A DNA stretch of 63,999 nt, filler included, from Piptocephalis cylindrospora (lineage: Eukaryota), in the NCBI GenBank assembly GCA_003614145.1. It is 22 parts of 22 records of this genome, joined end to end, with 100 filler letters (N's around TTAATTAATTAA, not from the genome) between each part and the next. Parts side by side here need not be neighbours in the genome. Positions count along the whole stretch, not along the records: positions 38,203 to 41,038 come from KZ988831.1; positions 41,139 to 43,974 come from KZ988832.1; positions 44,075 to 46,910 come from KZ988833.1; positions 47,011 to 49,846 come from KZ988834.1; positions 49,947 to 52,778 come from KZ988835.1; 17 more parts are not named here. One strand, written 5' to 3'. Shown here piece by piece: positions 38,103 through 50,583 of the stretch. How positions within the stretch are numbered: the stretch's first letter is position 1; each line of letters opens with the position of its first letter. The notes below the pieces were generated by a model. That model did no database searches. It was not told where the DNA came from and was given only the letters and a program-made list of their open reading frames with translations. The translations under genes and the position numbers were made by a program.

Positions 38103-39506
38103 NNNNNNNNNNNNNNNNNNNNNNNNNNNNNNNNNNNNNNNNNNNNTTAATTAATTAANNNNNNNNNNNNNNNNNNNNNNNNNNNNNNNNNNNNNNNNNN
38201 NNTGCTTGAGGATGTACTCCTTAGTGAATAGCCAATGACGGTGCTCGAGGGTCTGGAGGGACTAGTGGCGGGGGAGGTGGCGATGAGGATGGTTTGATGT
38301 TTCGGATGAGCGAGATGGATGGATGAGGGATGGGAGTGATAGGAGAGGTCCCATGGAGTATGTGATATTCTACTACTGCCCCTCTCACTAGGAAGGCATG
38401 GGTTAATGATCAATCTCTGACGAATGGGGCTGATACGACAAGATCTTTTGCGGGTGGCCCGATAGAGTCGAGTCTTGAGATGTGGGGACAGGGTATGGGA
38501 TCACCCCCTCCCCTCTGGTATCGACATGGACATCTCAACGCCCTGCACGCTGCGATATAGACATTGCAGTCTATGGACACTAAGGGGATACACGCATACA
38601 CACACCCATTGAGGTAGAGGATTATAATGTACATCCTGTTGATTCTTTCTACATTTTGAACGGGTGGATGATCTAAAGAAAGGTGGATACATTGTACAGA
38701 AACAGCACGTGTCTCACCAAAGGGAGAAATATCCTAGTGAAGGGAAATACCCCATCATCAATATGGGCCTGGAGAAACCGAAAGGCCCGGATGCGTCCTA
38801 GGCGGAGAAATCGGAAGGCCCGGAGGCCCGAAGGGTGGGAAAGTCCCTTTTAAAGGAGAGGCCTGTCACTCCGCACATAGACATGGTTGGAAAGCTTCTG
38901 TGACACAGGGAAACCCCATCGGTATTAGGGTGCCCCACCCCCCTGTTTTCTCGTAGCGTGGCACTACGCTCACTGGGTCAGGGGCATGTCGGAGTATGCA
39001 TACATTCAAGGAGAGAGATCGGGCCCATGTAGAGGGGCGGATAATTATACTCGACAGATCAGGTCCATACAGAGATGATGAGGAAGGCAACGTGCGAAGG
39101 TGATGACGAGAGGGCAGCCAAGTTGGTAAGGATGATGACTAGGAGAGGTGGACCAGCATGAGAACGTGAGACCAGAAAAATCATTACGACCTGTCCAGGT
39201 AGGGTTCTTGATGACACTATATGGCCATTCACTGGTAATGTAAGGCAGGTATCGAGGTGGAGTCAGAATGGCGGGGTAGCGTTACAGTGGGAATAAACGA
39301 GTCTTGTGGCGATTTTCCCACGGCCCATCCCTCCATCTTTACCCCACTCATCGCACTTCACTGTCCTTTGGTAGGAGGGATTTCAGAATTTGGAAAGTAT
39401 AAAAACAGCCTTGACACAGTCCCTTTATCAGTTTCTCCATCCTCATCCCATTACAGTATCCATCCTTATTCACTTCTTCATATCCACTTGCACACATTCA
39501 AGAACG

Positions 39507-41038
39507 ATGTTTCGTTTCGCCGCTGTTCGCACCAGAATCCCGACCCGTCCAGGCTTCCACTACCGTGGTCTAGCTAAGACAATGGCCTCCAGCCCCGTTT
39601 CTGCCCATGAGCGCGCCTGGGTCAATCCGCATCCAGAGGACCAATTCGTCGTTAGTCCCAAGCACGGTTTTCTACCTCGCCATGATCCTCTTTCCCAGCT
39701 CCCTAAGGCCTTCTCGGCCCTCGAGTCCCTGCTTCAGCGCATGCCCCGGATTCAAGATTCTGGGAAGCCTGGTCTACTAGCCACGGGGGACTTTGGCAAG
39801 GCTGTACTCGAGGAGCTTCCCTTGTACGACGTCTCCTCCATTGAAGATCCCCAGCTACTTTCGGGTAAGTTGCCTTGCGCTCCTCTCTCCAATCGCATAT
39901 GATCACAAGCCTTTCCTCGATATATCACACTCACCCTCCCTTCCTCCCCCCCGATTATTATACCAGCTTTGTACAGAGATTACACCTTTGCCGCAAGTGC
40001 TTACCTCCTCGAGCCCTGTGACCTCGAGTATCGTCGCACAGGGAAGTACGGGCTGGCCAGGCCCGTCCTACCAAAATCCATTGCTGTCCCCCTTTGCATC
40101 GTTGCGGACAAGCTAGGGGCTAAGCCGTTCATGGAGTATGCCCTCTCCTATGGGTAAGCACTTTCCTCCCCGTACTTTCCCTCTCATGATGTAGCTTTGA
40201 ACTGAACCCTCCCCCCATCCCACACAGTCTCTACAATTTTCAACGTAAGCGGATGGACAAGCCCGCCGACCTAGACAACGTCTCCACCGTCCGTGGATTC
40301 ACCAACACCGAAGATGAAAAGGGATTCATCCTCGTGCACGTCTCCATGGTTCGACATTCGGGGCCCCTGGTCCAGCAGGCTATGCAGGCCTTGGAAAGCG
40401 CCGGGGCCGGAGATCGACAGGCTTTTGACCGAGCCATGGAAGGCATGGCCACCTCCTACTCCCGAATTAACGGAGCAATGGAGCAAATGTGGAAGGCATC
40501 CAAGACCGATGGATACATCAACTTTCGCGCCTTCATCATGGGAAGTAAAAACCAGCCCATGTTTCCCCAAGGAATCCACTACGAAGGTGTTGACCCGGAC
40601 ATGGTCGAGGGTAACCAGGGCCATAATGGCCGCTTCTACCGTGGAGAAAGCGGGGCTAATGACAGTATGATCCCTCTGGGCGATAACCTTCTTGAGTTGA
40701 CCTCACGTATGCCCTCCAACCCCTTGACCTCGGTTCTCCGTGATTTCCGCCAGTACCGACCTCGGAACCACCAGTCCTTCCTGGCCTGGGTCGAGTCTCG
40801 TGCCTCTGAGGTCGGCATTCACGCCTACTCTCGGAGCTCTCCCGTCTCTGCGGCCCTGACCCTCGCCGTCCTCGACCAGATCAGGGACTTTAGGCACCGT
40901 CATTGGCTATTCACTAAGGAGTACATCCTCAAGCATACCAAGCATCCTGTCGCCACCGGAGGCTCTCCCATCGTCACTTGGTTGCCCAACCAGCTCTCCG
41001 CAGTTCTTGGGGCCATGGAGGACCTGGGCAAAGTCATC
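39507..41038 (+). CDS. Indoleamine 2,3-dioxygenase (IDO-gamma/IdoC-like); introns 39865-39966 and 40154-40227; 3' truncated
   Basis: VSPKHGFLPRHDPL, ALYRDYTFAASAYLLEPC, KPFMEYALSY, EKGFILVHVSMV, FRAFIMG, YRGESGANDSMIP, LRDFRQYRP, FRHRHW, ATGGSPIVTWLPNQL. Confidence 0.93.
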
Positions 41039-41138
41039 NNNNNNNNNNNNNNNNNNNNNNNNNNNNNNNNNNNNNNNNNNNNTTAATTAATTAANNNNNN
41101 NNNNNNNNNNNNNNNNNNNNNNNNNNNNNNNNNNNNNN

Positions 41139-41711
41139 CTCGAGTCTCTGCGGTATCGGTTCATCCAAATGGATTTTGACAAGCAGGGCTCGGGCGCCAA
41201 TGAGGACGGGGAGATGGGAGATGGGGATTTTGAGGACCTGGAAGCGACGGGAAAGACCAATGGTAGCTCCGATGAAGAGAGCAGCGATGAAGGAGAGGGA
41301 GAAGAGGAGGAAGGCAAGGGGGGGGAGGAGGATGAAAAGAATCGATTGATGCGGAGAAAAATGGAGCTCAAGAAGCGCTTTGACTCCGAGTACGATGGAG
41401 ATGGGCAAGACGAGGATGATGATGAGGAGTCCGGGGGCAAAAACGAGGAGGACTTTTATGATCGAGCCAAGGCGGAGCTTGAGGAGCAAGCTCGCCGAAA
41501 CCGGGAGGCCTTTGAGGATGAGGAGGAGAGTGTACGCAACGAAGTGGAGGGCTACCGACCTGGGACGTACGTACGGGTGGAAATTCATGGTTTACCCTGT
41601 GAGTTCATTGAGCACTTTCAGCCCCACCGACCCATCCTTCTCGGAGGTTTACACACGACGGAGGAGACATTTGGCATGATCCAGGTACGGATTAAGCGAC
41701 ATCGGTGGCAC
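41139..41711 (+). CDS. BMS1: BMS1 internal/C-proximal fragment (inverted relative to the N-terminal part)
   Basis: GDFEDLE, KMELKKRFDSEYD, VEGYRPGTYVRVEIHGLPCEFIEHF..PILLGGL..QVRIKRHRWH. Confidence 0.9.
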
Positions 41712-42919
41712 CTGTTGCTCCTCTCCGGCCTCCTCCGTCCCCTCCCCATCTTCACTTCCTTCAATAGACTTGCGTTGACCTGGACGAGAAAAGGAGCCAG
41801 GGACATCAATGTAAACGGCATCCTTATCGTAGATGATTCCTCCAATGTCACTCATAGGCGCATGAATCAACTTGGCCTTTTCACTCAAGTGCTTCCTTTG
41901 GGACTCAGGCAGAGGGCAAGGGTCATCCAAAGCCGTAAGGTTGTCCGGATAATAATCACCCAGGCCAGGCATATGAATCTTGGTTGTTGACTTTAGAGGC
42001 GTACCTCGCAGAAACCCGTAAAACGTCACGGTGCGATCGCACAGAGGATCAGCTTGTAGGAGATCCCGATCCGTCAAATCCTCAACACGATCAGCCACCA
42101 TGTACGGATGGGTGTTACGCCACACCAAAGGACGGAACTTCATGACTGAAATGAAGCGGGAAAGGTTCATGACCTCCTGGTTCGGGTACCGGCCATTAAT
42201 GACCCCAGACAGGTAGAAGAGCTTGGCACCCTGGTAGATTTCGGTCCAGAATCGCTGCTTGAGCCTCTTCTTGGTCGCTGTCAGGGCAGCCCCATTCTTG
42301 AAACGGTCCAAATGAGTAAGGACACCAATAATCTTGGGGAACCCGTGGGTTTGGAGGATGTTGAGGAACTCAAAGGTCTCCATCTCAAACCCATATGATG
42401 CATCCACGAGAAGAAGGATGAGATCAGCCACTTTACCCACATCCATCATGGAGTTGATATCATTGGGGCATTCAATAAACGTGAGTCGACGCTTCTTTCC
42501 TACAGAATGAGATAAATACGGGGGATGAGGAACAATGAAGGGGGGGAGCACAGCCACCCAGCTTGTCAGCGTGCAAGATACTTACCACTGACAACAGTAA
42601 TGGGGCCCCGAATTTCCGAAAGGTTGTGCTTGGTGTATCTCTTGACCAAAGACTTGATCAAGGTAGATTTTCCAGTGCCGGGAGGACCTACAACGGCAAC
42701 GATGACCGGGGGGGGTTCAAGAGGGGTACGGTCGACTTGAGGTACGTGAAGACGACTTTGATCCTTGTCCATGTTGCGTCTAGCCTGCTTTTCAGCCCGC
42801 CGACCAGAGAGAGGGGCAAAGGCCTTGGGGTTGTTCTTCTCTGCATTCTTACGGCGACCCTTATCGGACTTGGGTCCGGCTTGCCGGGTGCGATGTTCCT
42901 TCTTGGGTCTGTCCTCCAT
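41712..42919 (-). CDS. BMS1: BMS1 40S biogenesis GTPase, N-terminal part; intron 42500-42585
   Basis: LHVPQVDRTPLEPPPVIVAVVGPPGTGKSTLIKSLV, KRRLTFIECPND, GFEMETFEFLN, RFWTEIYQGAKLFYLSG, YDKDAVYID. Confidence 0.95.
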
Positions 42920-43253
42920 GAAGTGGTCTGGGCCAAAAGAGGGAGAGGGGTGAGATTGGAGGGAGGGACGGAGGAGATAAAGAAAGAGGAGGTACAGGAT
43001 AAAAGATGATTGATGATATCTCCTTACCTGGGCCTAGTGGAAATTGCGTGCAAAAAAGAAAAAAAGACACTGTGCTGTGCCGCCCCTACCTGGCATGTGT
43101 GGGCGTAGAGGAGGGGGAGGGGAGATACCAATGTATGGAGAAGAGGAGCACAATGTGAGCGGAAAAATCCTTAGACGCAGTAACCATGGCCAAATATTGA
43201 GTATTTTAGTCGAAATATTACTTTTATTGCTTAGCATCAGACGCCCTTTCCTC

Positions 43254-43974
43254 CTACGGTCTTCCAAGGTATTCCTTACGTGACTGAATGGTCTCGGATG
43301 AATCATTGATTCTTCGAACCATTGCCCGAACCTTGGACATGTGCTGGTTGAGAACGTGCTGACATGTTGCCCAGATCAAATCAATAACCTTGGCCTCGGC
43401 AGCCTCAGGGACTGTCATGGATCGACCCACAGGTACTGACTCTCTCTCCGCCCCGATCACCCGGGACATGGCATTGATCAGGGGGATGAGGGTAGGGTAT
43501 GTGGATATCCACCACGTCACGTTTTCTACGGTGGATCCTCGAGTCCCATATAATCGGTCCAGGGCCTCTGCCCGTCTCTCCCGCTTCACCTGGCCATTGG
43601 ATCCCACCACCGTTGGTAACGAGTTCTTCTTGGGGTCATAAGGCGGTAAATGGGTCAGACCCCGTTTCCAGATACGATAGAGGCCCTTTCTTTCCACTTT
43701 CATTCGACTCTCGGCCCTCCTTTCGGGATCTTGGATGACAATTTCATCAGGATCCTTGAACCTCGTGGCAGATGCCAAACTATACCCTTCAATTACGCAA
43801 TCACTCAAATCCCGCATCTTACTTTCCAGCTCCTCTAGCGTATCCCCATACCTTGGAAGCGCTAGCGGTGCCTTCGTGTAGGTCTTCAATCCAAGTGACT
43901 CTGAGGAGCCCGAGACCGTGGCTATTGTCCCCAAATTTCGCAGATCTTCCGATAGATTCTCCATCATGTCTACT
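43254..43974 (-). CDS. Hypothetical protein, probably 5' truncated
   Basis: 237-aa ORF with globular composition reaching the contig edge. No family recognised. Confidence 0.5.
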
Positions 43975-44120
43975 NNNNNNNNNNNNNNNNNNNNNNNNNN
44001 NNNNNNNNNNNNNNNNNNTTAATTAATTAANNNNNNNNNNNNNNNNNNNNNNNNNNNNNNNNNNNNNNNNNNNNCGTCAAGCGACACTCCCTTTCCCCTC
44101 ACCACTACCTCTTCTTCACC

Positions 44121-44537
44121 ATGAAGCTCACCTCCATCCTACTCGTCTCCGCCATGCTGGCCATGGCCCTTACTGTTGCCGCGACTCCTACTCCCAAGGA
44201 CGAGGACTCTGGGAACGATAAATATGAAGAGGATGACTCTGGGAACGATAAATATGAAGAGGATGACTCTGGTTATCCAACTGAGAGCCTGTCAACCTAT
44301 AGTCAAAGAAATACTGTTGAGGGTGACGGTGATCAATTCTGCGACATTACTTATAAGGGCGATCAGCCTCAATGTCACAGCGGTTACAAGTGCAAGTTCT
44401 ATAAATTAAGTGATCATCCTACCTTCTCTGGTCTATTCGGGGAGAAACCTATATCTCAGGATAACTTTATGGAGTATGTATCATCAGAAGATGAACTTGG
44501 GACCTGCGTCGGCAAAATTGACCTTAACAAAGATTGA
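44121..44537 (+). CDS. Small secreted acidic Cys-containing protein with a 30-bp tandem repeat
   Basis: Signal peptide MKLTSILLVSAMLAMALTVAA-TP, (DSGNDKYEED)x2, four Cys (C-x10-C-x5-C-x37-C). Confidence 0.75.
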   Translation: MKLTSILLVSAMLAMALTVAATPTPKDEDSGNDKYEEDDSGNDKYEEDDSGYPTESLSTYSQRNTVEGDGDQFCDITYKGDQPQCHSGYKCKFYKLSDHPTFSGLFGEKPISQDNFMEYVSSEDELGTCVGKIDLNKD

Positions 44538-47500
44538 TGAGATTTCGACTCTCGGTCAATCATGCGTCTCCTCCTCCTTCCAGTACTTGGTAGTTGAGTA
44601 TTTTTCAGGAATCTCTGGCCATAATAGATTTGTGAAACCCCCCCTCATTCTTTTTGGTTTTCGTAGGAGCAGTTTCTCACTGCATCGCCAATCTGCTTAT
44701 CGATCACTGGCAGCTCATGGAGCCCCCAGATACATCGGTATGACTCATTATGCCCAAGCTTAGATGGCGTATACATGATAGAAGCCTTGCATAACTCTGG
44801 AAAACACTCCATTGCGCCTGGATGCTACTTTTCAAACAGTAGCTGTTGGTCATACACCACAATATATATCCCAATTGCGGCAACCTAGCGCAACCTAGAT
44901 GATTCAATTCAAATGCATCAAAGATCAAATAGAGATGTGAAAAAGGAAGAGTAGTAGTACTAAATAGGGAAATGTATTGGGGATGGCTACAATCCTCCCT
45001 TTTCCCTGTCTTCGCAAATTAATCTTTAAAGAAGATCTAGAAGCTTTCCTTTGCAAAACAGTTGCTTCCTCCATGAGTCTTCCGATCTCTCCCATTTCCT
45101 CCTCCTACTTCTCCATCGGTCTTCTTTCGGCGACCGTTCTTCTTTTGCTATTTACCAGAATTCAGTAATATGCAAGGAAAGTGTGGAAAGAGGGTCCATT
45201 TGATTAGAAAGATCAAATGAAAGCGTGATAGGAATTTCAAAGATAGTGAGATTCCAATCACAACAGTCAAATTGGAAAAGTATGATGTATCCAATGGGCT
45301 CCAAGATATTAGCAATCATATCCTGAAGAGCATCCAAATTACTTCCTAGCAAGCTGCGCAGATGCACTGGCATAATCGGCGCTTCTTGCTGAGTCACTTT
45401 TTTCAGGAGTACAGGGGTTTCACGCTGAAACCTTTGACGAAAGAGCTCATTAGCCTTTTCCCTCGAAATTTGCCAGGGAATGCAGGTAATACGCCTTTTA
45501 CCGATCAGCCCTTCGAGCAACGCATCTGCTGACTTTTGAGTTAGGTACTAGTGATTCTCTAATATGTATAGTAACGCGTCTTTTTTATGTATTTTTTCTT
45601 TTCCTCTGCCTTTGAAGGCCATTTTCGGTCCACGTCCTCTTGTCTCGCCTCTTCTTCAATCATTTCTTTTGGTGGATCCCACGCTCATCGCGCGTATGAA
45701 GAAAAATAACACCATATCCTAACGAGGACGGGTCTGTAAACCACCCCATTTCTTTTAAGCCTTGAACGAGAAAACGGAAAATGCGCAGTACAGACCGTTT
45801 GTCAGAAGGACCGATTGATTGGGAGTCTTACTGATCCTGTCAGAAGGCTCTATAAAATATATCCCAAGAACAGAGGATGGGCGCAAATAAGAGTGTGCTG
45901 CTAAGAAGGAATATTGTAACGGCGTCTCTTCGTAAGTCATCTCCCTTCACTGGAATGATATTGCTCCAGACTTACTTCTCAGGGGATAGGGAGTGTCGCT
46001 TGACGAGAAAAGTAGAGGGATAGAGAAGAGACCAAAGCTCTTTGAAGAGGGAAAGGCAGTAGAAGGGTGGTAGGGTTGGGTGGGTTGGAAGGTGAGCAGA
46101 AGGGGATGGAAGGAAAGGAGCGTCAACTTGGCCTCTATTTAAGTCTATCGCGATGGGGGAGTAGGAGACATGGTTGATCTAGAGGAATGCACCATTGAAT
46201 GACATAGCTGGACAAGAAATGGCTGGTAAGGCCATTCTGTTCTCACACTCAGGAAGGAAGAGAGGCGGAGATGGAGCCCCAGGATTGTCAGGAGATGTAA
46301 AGAAAAGGAGATGGCCAACCAGAAGAGAATGATCGGAGTGTATTCAATCTCCGCCTCAGATTCCTTCTCCGATTCAAGGGTCTCTATAGCGTACTGGTAC
46401 ACGTCTCTCCCCTTTCCCTGTTGAAGATCCCAATGGAAATTATATTCAACCAGGCCAGAGTTGAGACCCATATGACCATCACATCAAACCATTGGTTCTT
46501 CACCTCGCATTAAATGCCTTTCCGTTGAATACCTATTCCTCCTTCCTTTTTGTTTTGAAATACCCTCCATTAAACTCTTGGATGCAGCTGATGATACTTT
46601 TTGGCGGTGAGAAAGGTCTTTCTTTAATCAATCCATTGACTCTTGGCAAGTGATCTGTACTACGCCTTCTCCGCTTATCGCATCCGTATAGCCGATGTGT
46701 CAAATTGACTGGGGGATGTTTCAGTAGATGGGTACGCGATATCCACATGGAGCAACGAGCGGATACCGGCTAGAACTTCGATCTATACATTGAAATGATG
46801 AATAAGGATGAATGCACAACCTCCTTCTGCTTCCCCTGAAGGACCCTGAGAAGACGGGTAGACGAGTTGCTCATAGGTTCATACTTCCTGGGGGTTTCTG
46901 TCCTTTCCTTNNNNNNNNNNNNNNNNNNNNNNNNNNNNNNNNNNNNNNNNNNNNTTAATTAATTAANNNNNNNNNNNNNNNNNNNNNNNNNNNNNNNNNN
47001 NNNNNNNNNNTGAACAGACTCAATTGGGCGGAGAGCCACAGGCGCTATTCTTTCCCTCTTGTGTCCCCCTTGCTCCCACGACCTTCTCCATTGGTGGGAC
47101 GGGTTTCTTATGGTCCGCTGTATCTGGTGTCGTTCAACTCTCCCTCGCCTTATCATCATCCTTATGCATTAAGAAGAGTAGCTTGACTTTAGTCTTCAAT
47201 GACCACCTCAAGGAAAAGATACTTTTCCTGCTGGGGCATGATAATCCCTCCATCCTAGCTCCCTCCCCTCCAATCCTCACTCACCATGTCATCCTTCATG
47301 TTCGTGCCCATGAGTGAGCCACTTTCCACACCCATCCGCCTGCTCTTTGTATTCCCTACCCTGTGCCGCCTATACCCCACACGAACATCGGTGCATACTC
47401 CGCATATATCCGCATTCAGGTGTCATGAGCGCCGTCCTATCTGGGATGGCCCCCTTGACAGGATGTGATTCTTGCGCACGCCACGCCTCTACCTACCTGA

Positions 47501-48242
47501 AGAGAGGGGTGGGGGATCAGCGGTGTCAGGTCCTTCTACCACTGACCCTTATCGGCTAGCGTTGTAGATTATGCGATGTGGGCTGAAGGACCGGGGGATC
47601 TTCATTACCTTCATAAGGGTCACACAGGTCAGATGGCCCCGAAAAATGAAAACGGGTGTGAGAAGACATGGCTAGCAAGGTCAAATGCCGAATCATCCTT
47701 TAACTCCTGGGGATATGGGTACACCAGAGTGACCAAGTCATTGGGAGATATGAGCGAATGCTTCATGACAGGGTCTCCTCAGTCCATTTCTTCAATTTCT
47801 GGCTATAGCTGAAGGTAATGACTTTGTAGAACGTTAAGGCTGAGGCTAAAGAAATAAGAAGGTCAGAATAGGAGATATGGACGGGAAGGTGCGCTTGATC
47901 TAGAGCTCAGTCGGATAAGCCCCTGAGCATGAAAAGCTCATGAATTAGCATAGTCATACTATACCAAGGATCAAGGGGGAAAGGGTCATGGAGGAACATG
48001 ACCCTTGATCCTTTTTCTCAGCTGAGGGATCTCCCTTCATCCACCCCGCCCCAAACTTCATCCAGCTCCCCATGCCAAGAGACGGGAGAGGAGGGTTCGG
48101 TCAGGTCAGATGATTCCAATACCGGTCCAACTTATCCATTCCATATCCTCGCTTATCTCTCACCCAACACATCCCATATAGACCCAAGTATACCCCCTCC
48201 TCTCATGACATCTCGCTTATGGGGAAGGGGAAAGGGAGACAA

Positions 48243-49846
48243 TCACACTGCCCCATCCTCTTCATCGTGGTAACCTGACCGTCGGAGTTCTCCAAGATGC
48301 CGACGGGCCCCAGTCAACTCTTTCTCCAGCTTGAGGATCTTCACCTGTTGCTCCATCTCCCGCTGCTTGAACTCATAAGCAGACATATCCTGCATCTGCG
48401 CATCCACCTGATCCTCAACCTCTCGGGCCAAAATGGCCTTGACAGCCCGGACAAGGGCCTTGGACGCATCGATGACTGCCTTGGCCGCCACCTCCAACCG
48501 ATCCTGCGTCTTCCTCATAGGTGCTGCCTTGACCCGGGCAGTGAGCTGCTCCAGAGAGTGCGTCCCCTTGATCACTCCATCGGCCGTCTCCACAAGGAGA
48601 GTGGTGGCTGACGCAACAGCTCTAGCTGCCGAGATTAGCCCTTCAGTCCACCGGTTATGACGCTTGTAGAATTCCGTGGCCGATAGTCCACTGGTGCGAC
48701 CAGCCGAGACAATCTCCGCTTGGGCTGCCGTAGCCGCCCGAATTAACTCGGCGATGGCTCCGGTCATCGCCATGGCTGATTCCAAAATAGCCTCGTGTAC
48801 CTGCAATTCCCGGGTAGAGAGATGAGGGTCGGGCTGGGCTCGCTGTAACGCAAGAAGACGGGCCGAGGCCGCCTCAATGGCATCGGCAGCCCCTTGCATC
48901 ACCCGATCCAAGGATTCTCCCTCGCCGGCCCCAGCCCGCTTAGGTAGCATCCCCTCAACCAGGACAGTGAGTTGAGCGAGGGCCTGGGTAACCGACCGGT
49001 TGGCCTGGGCCACAGCCTCCTCCCTTTGGCCCCCTTGGGCTGGAATGGCTGCAATAGCCGTGGAAATGATCGAACGGAAGAAGTCCTGAGAACTTTCGGC
49101 CGAGCCCTTGGCCGCATCCACCAGCGGGCCCTCTTCGTCCTCTGACCCAAATCGTCCAAGGATTCCCTTTCCATTGTGCATTAACTGGGCCATCTGCTGA
49201 GCCAGGTCTCCAGCCGTTCGAACCACCGGCCCAGCATCCTCCCCACCATCCCGTTCGACCCAACGGGTACAGGCAATGGCAAAATCCGTGGAGGCATCGT
49301 TAGCCTTCTCAATCACACTCAGGACGTACTCGGGGGTGGCTGTGGTATTCCCGGCATTCAGTGGAGACTCCAGTTCGATAACCGACTCATCCACTTTACT
49401 GATGCACCCACTGAGAATCTCATCTAGGATGCGCTTGAGACGATCCTGGTGCTGGGTTCTGAGCTGGAACATCCGCTTCTCCAGGTCAGCCACCTCAGTG
49501 GAGGAGCTGGTTTGGTACTCTCCGAGGCGAAGGAGAGATTGATCCATCCCAGCTTGCAGGATGGCAATCTCTTCATCCTTTTCCCTGCGCAGCCGGTCCA
49601 TTTCCCCCTCCTTATCCAGAAGATCCCGCATAAGCGTATCGATCCTCCTTTGTTCTTCCGTAAGCTTACGCTCCAAAGCGCCCTTTTCCGCGTGAAATCT
49701 CTCTAGGAGAGCTCCGGTCTCGTCGCTCTTATTCTGCATAAGGTATGATTAAGGTGAGCAATGGTTGAGGCTAATGCATTGGCCCTCTCCCAGCTTACCC
49801 GACCAAGTTCAGCCACACGGGCCTCACTGGCCTCAAGCTCCTTGCG
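48243..49846 (-). CDS. SLA2: Sla2/End4 (HIP1R) C-terminal half with I/LWEQ (THATCH) domain; intron about 49734-49798; 5' truncated
   Basis: GNTTATPEYVLSVIEKA, VHEAILESAMAMTGAIAELIRAAT..Q.EIV..G, FYKRHNRWTEGLISAARAVA, EFKQREMEQQVKILKLEKELTGARRHLGELRRSGY. Confidence 0.95.
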
Positions 49847-50583
49847 NNNNNNNNNNNNNNNNNNNNNNNNNNNNNNNNNNNNNNNNNNNNTTAATTAATT
49901 AANNNNNNNNNNNNNNNNNNNNNNNNNNNNNNNNNNNNNNNNNNNNCGAATGGACGGTCAACGAGCTGGAAGCGTACAACATCCACGTCGTCAACAACAA
50001 CCTATTGTCCTACCGCCCTACCATCACCATCCAGCCTGACCACACCACTCCACACAGCCTCTTCCTCTGCCTCTCTCCCATCTCCCCATCTCCTCAGCAC
50101 CGCCTCGCAGTACCAATCGTTGCCTCTACCCGCACAAAAGCCGTTTCCCCTCCCATCACCCCTCCAAACCTATCCCGCTCTCCCCGCCCCCGCCCCCCTC
50201 CCTCCCTCTCCTCTCTCTTCTTTCCTCTCTCTCCTCCTACGTCCCCCTCTCTCTCTCTCTCTCTCTCTCTTTCCTTGCCTTTGATCTTGCCACTATCCCC
50301 ATCCCCATCCCCATCCCCACTCCCATTTCACTCGCTTTACTCCCATCTTTTTCACCTTTAACCGGACTTTGGTCTCCCTCCCCCCTCCCCCCATCACCTT
50401 CCATACTAGGGCATTTAGGGCCCGAAATTCCCCGTCCTTCACAGTCATCAGTTCTCATCGTATCCTCATCCCCACATCATCATCCCCAAGGCAGTCCTAT
50501 CCCCTCCCTCGCCTCCATATCATCCAGTTCGGCCCGTCTTATCCTCCTCCTTCCCCCCCCCTCCGCATTCCCTCACTCAGACC

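Noticed and set aside
43019..43032. CCTTACCTGG as a U1 snRNA 5' end
   Set aside because: Better explained as a minus-strand CAG|GTAAGG donor of a BMS1 5'-UTR intron. No U1 stem-loops or Sm site follow.
44977..48000. Short ORFs 45152..45520, 46145..46471 and 47024..47812
   Set aside because: Some may be exons of divergent genes, but I could not assign a family or a consistent splice model.
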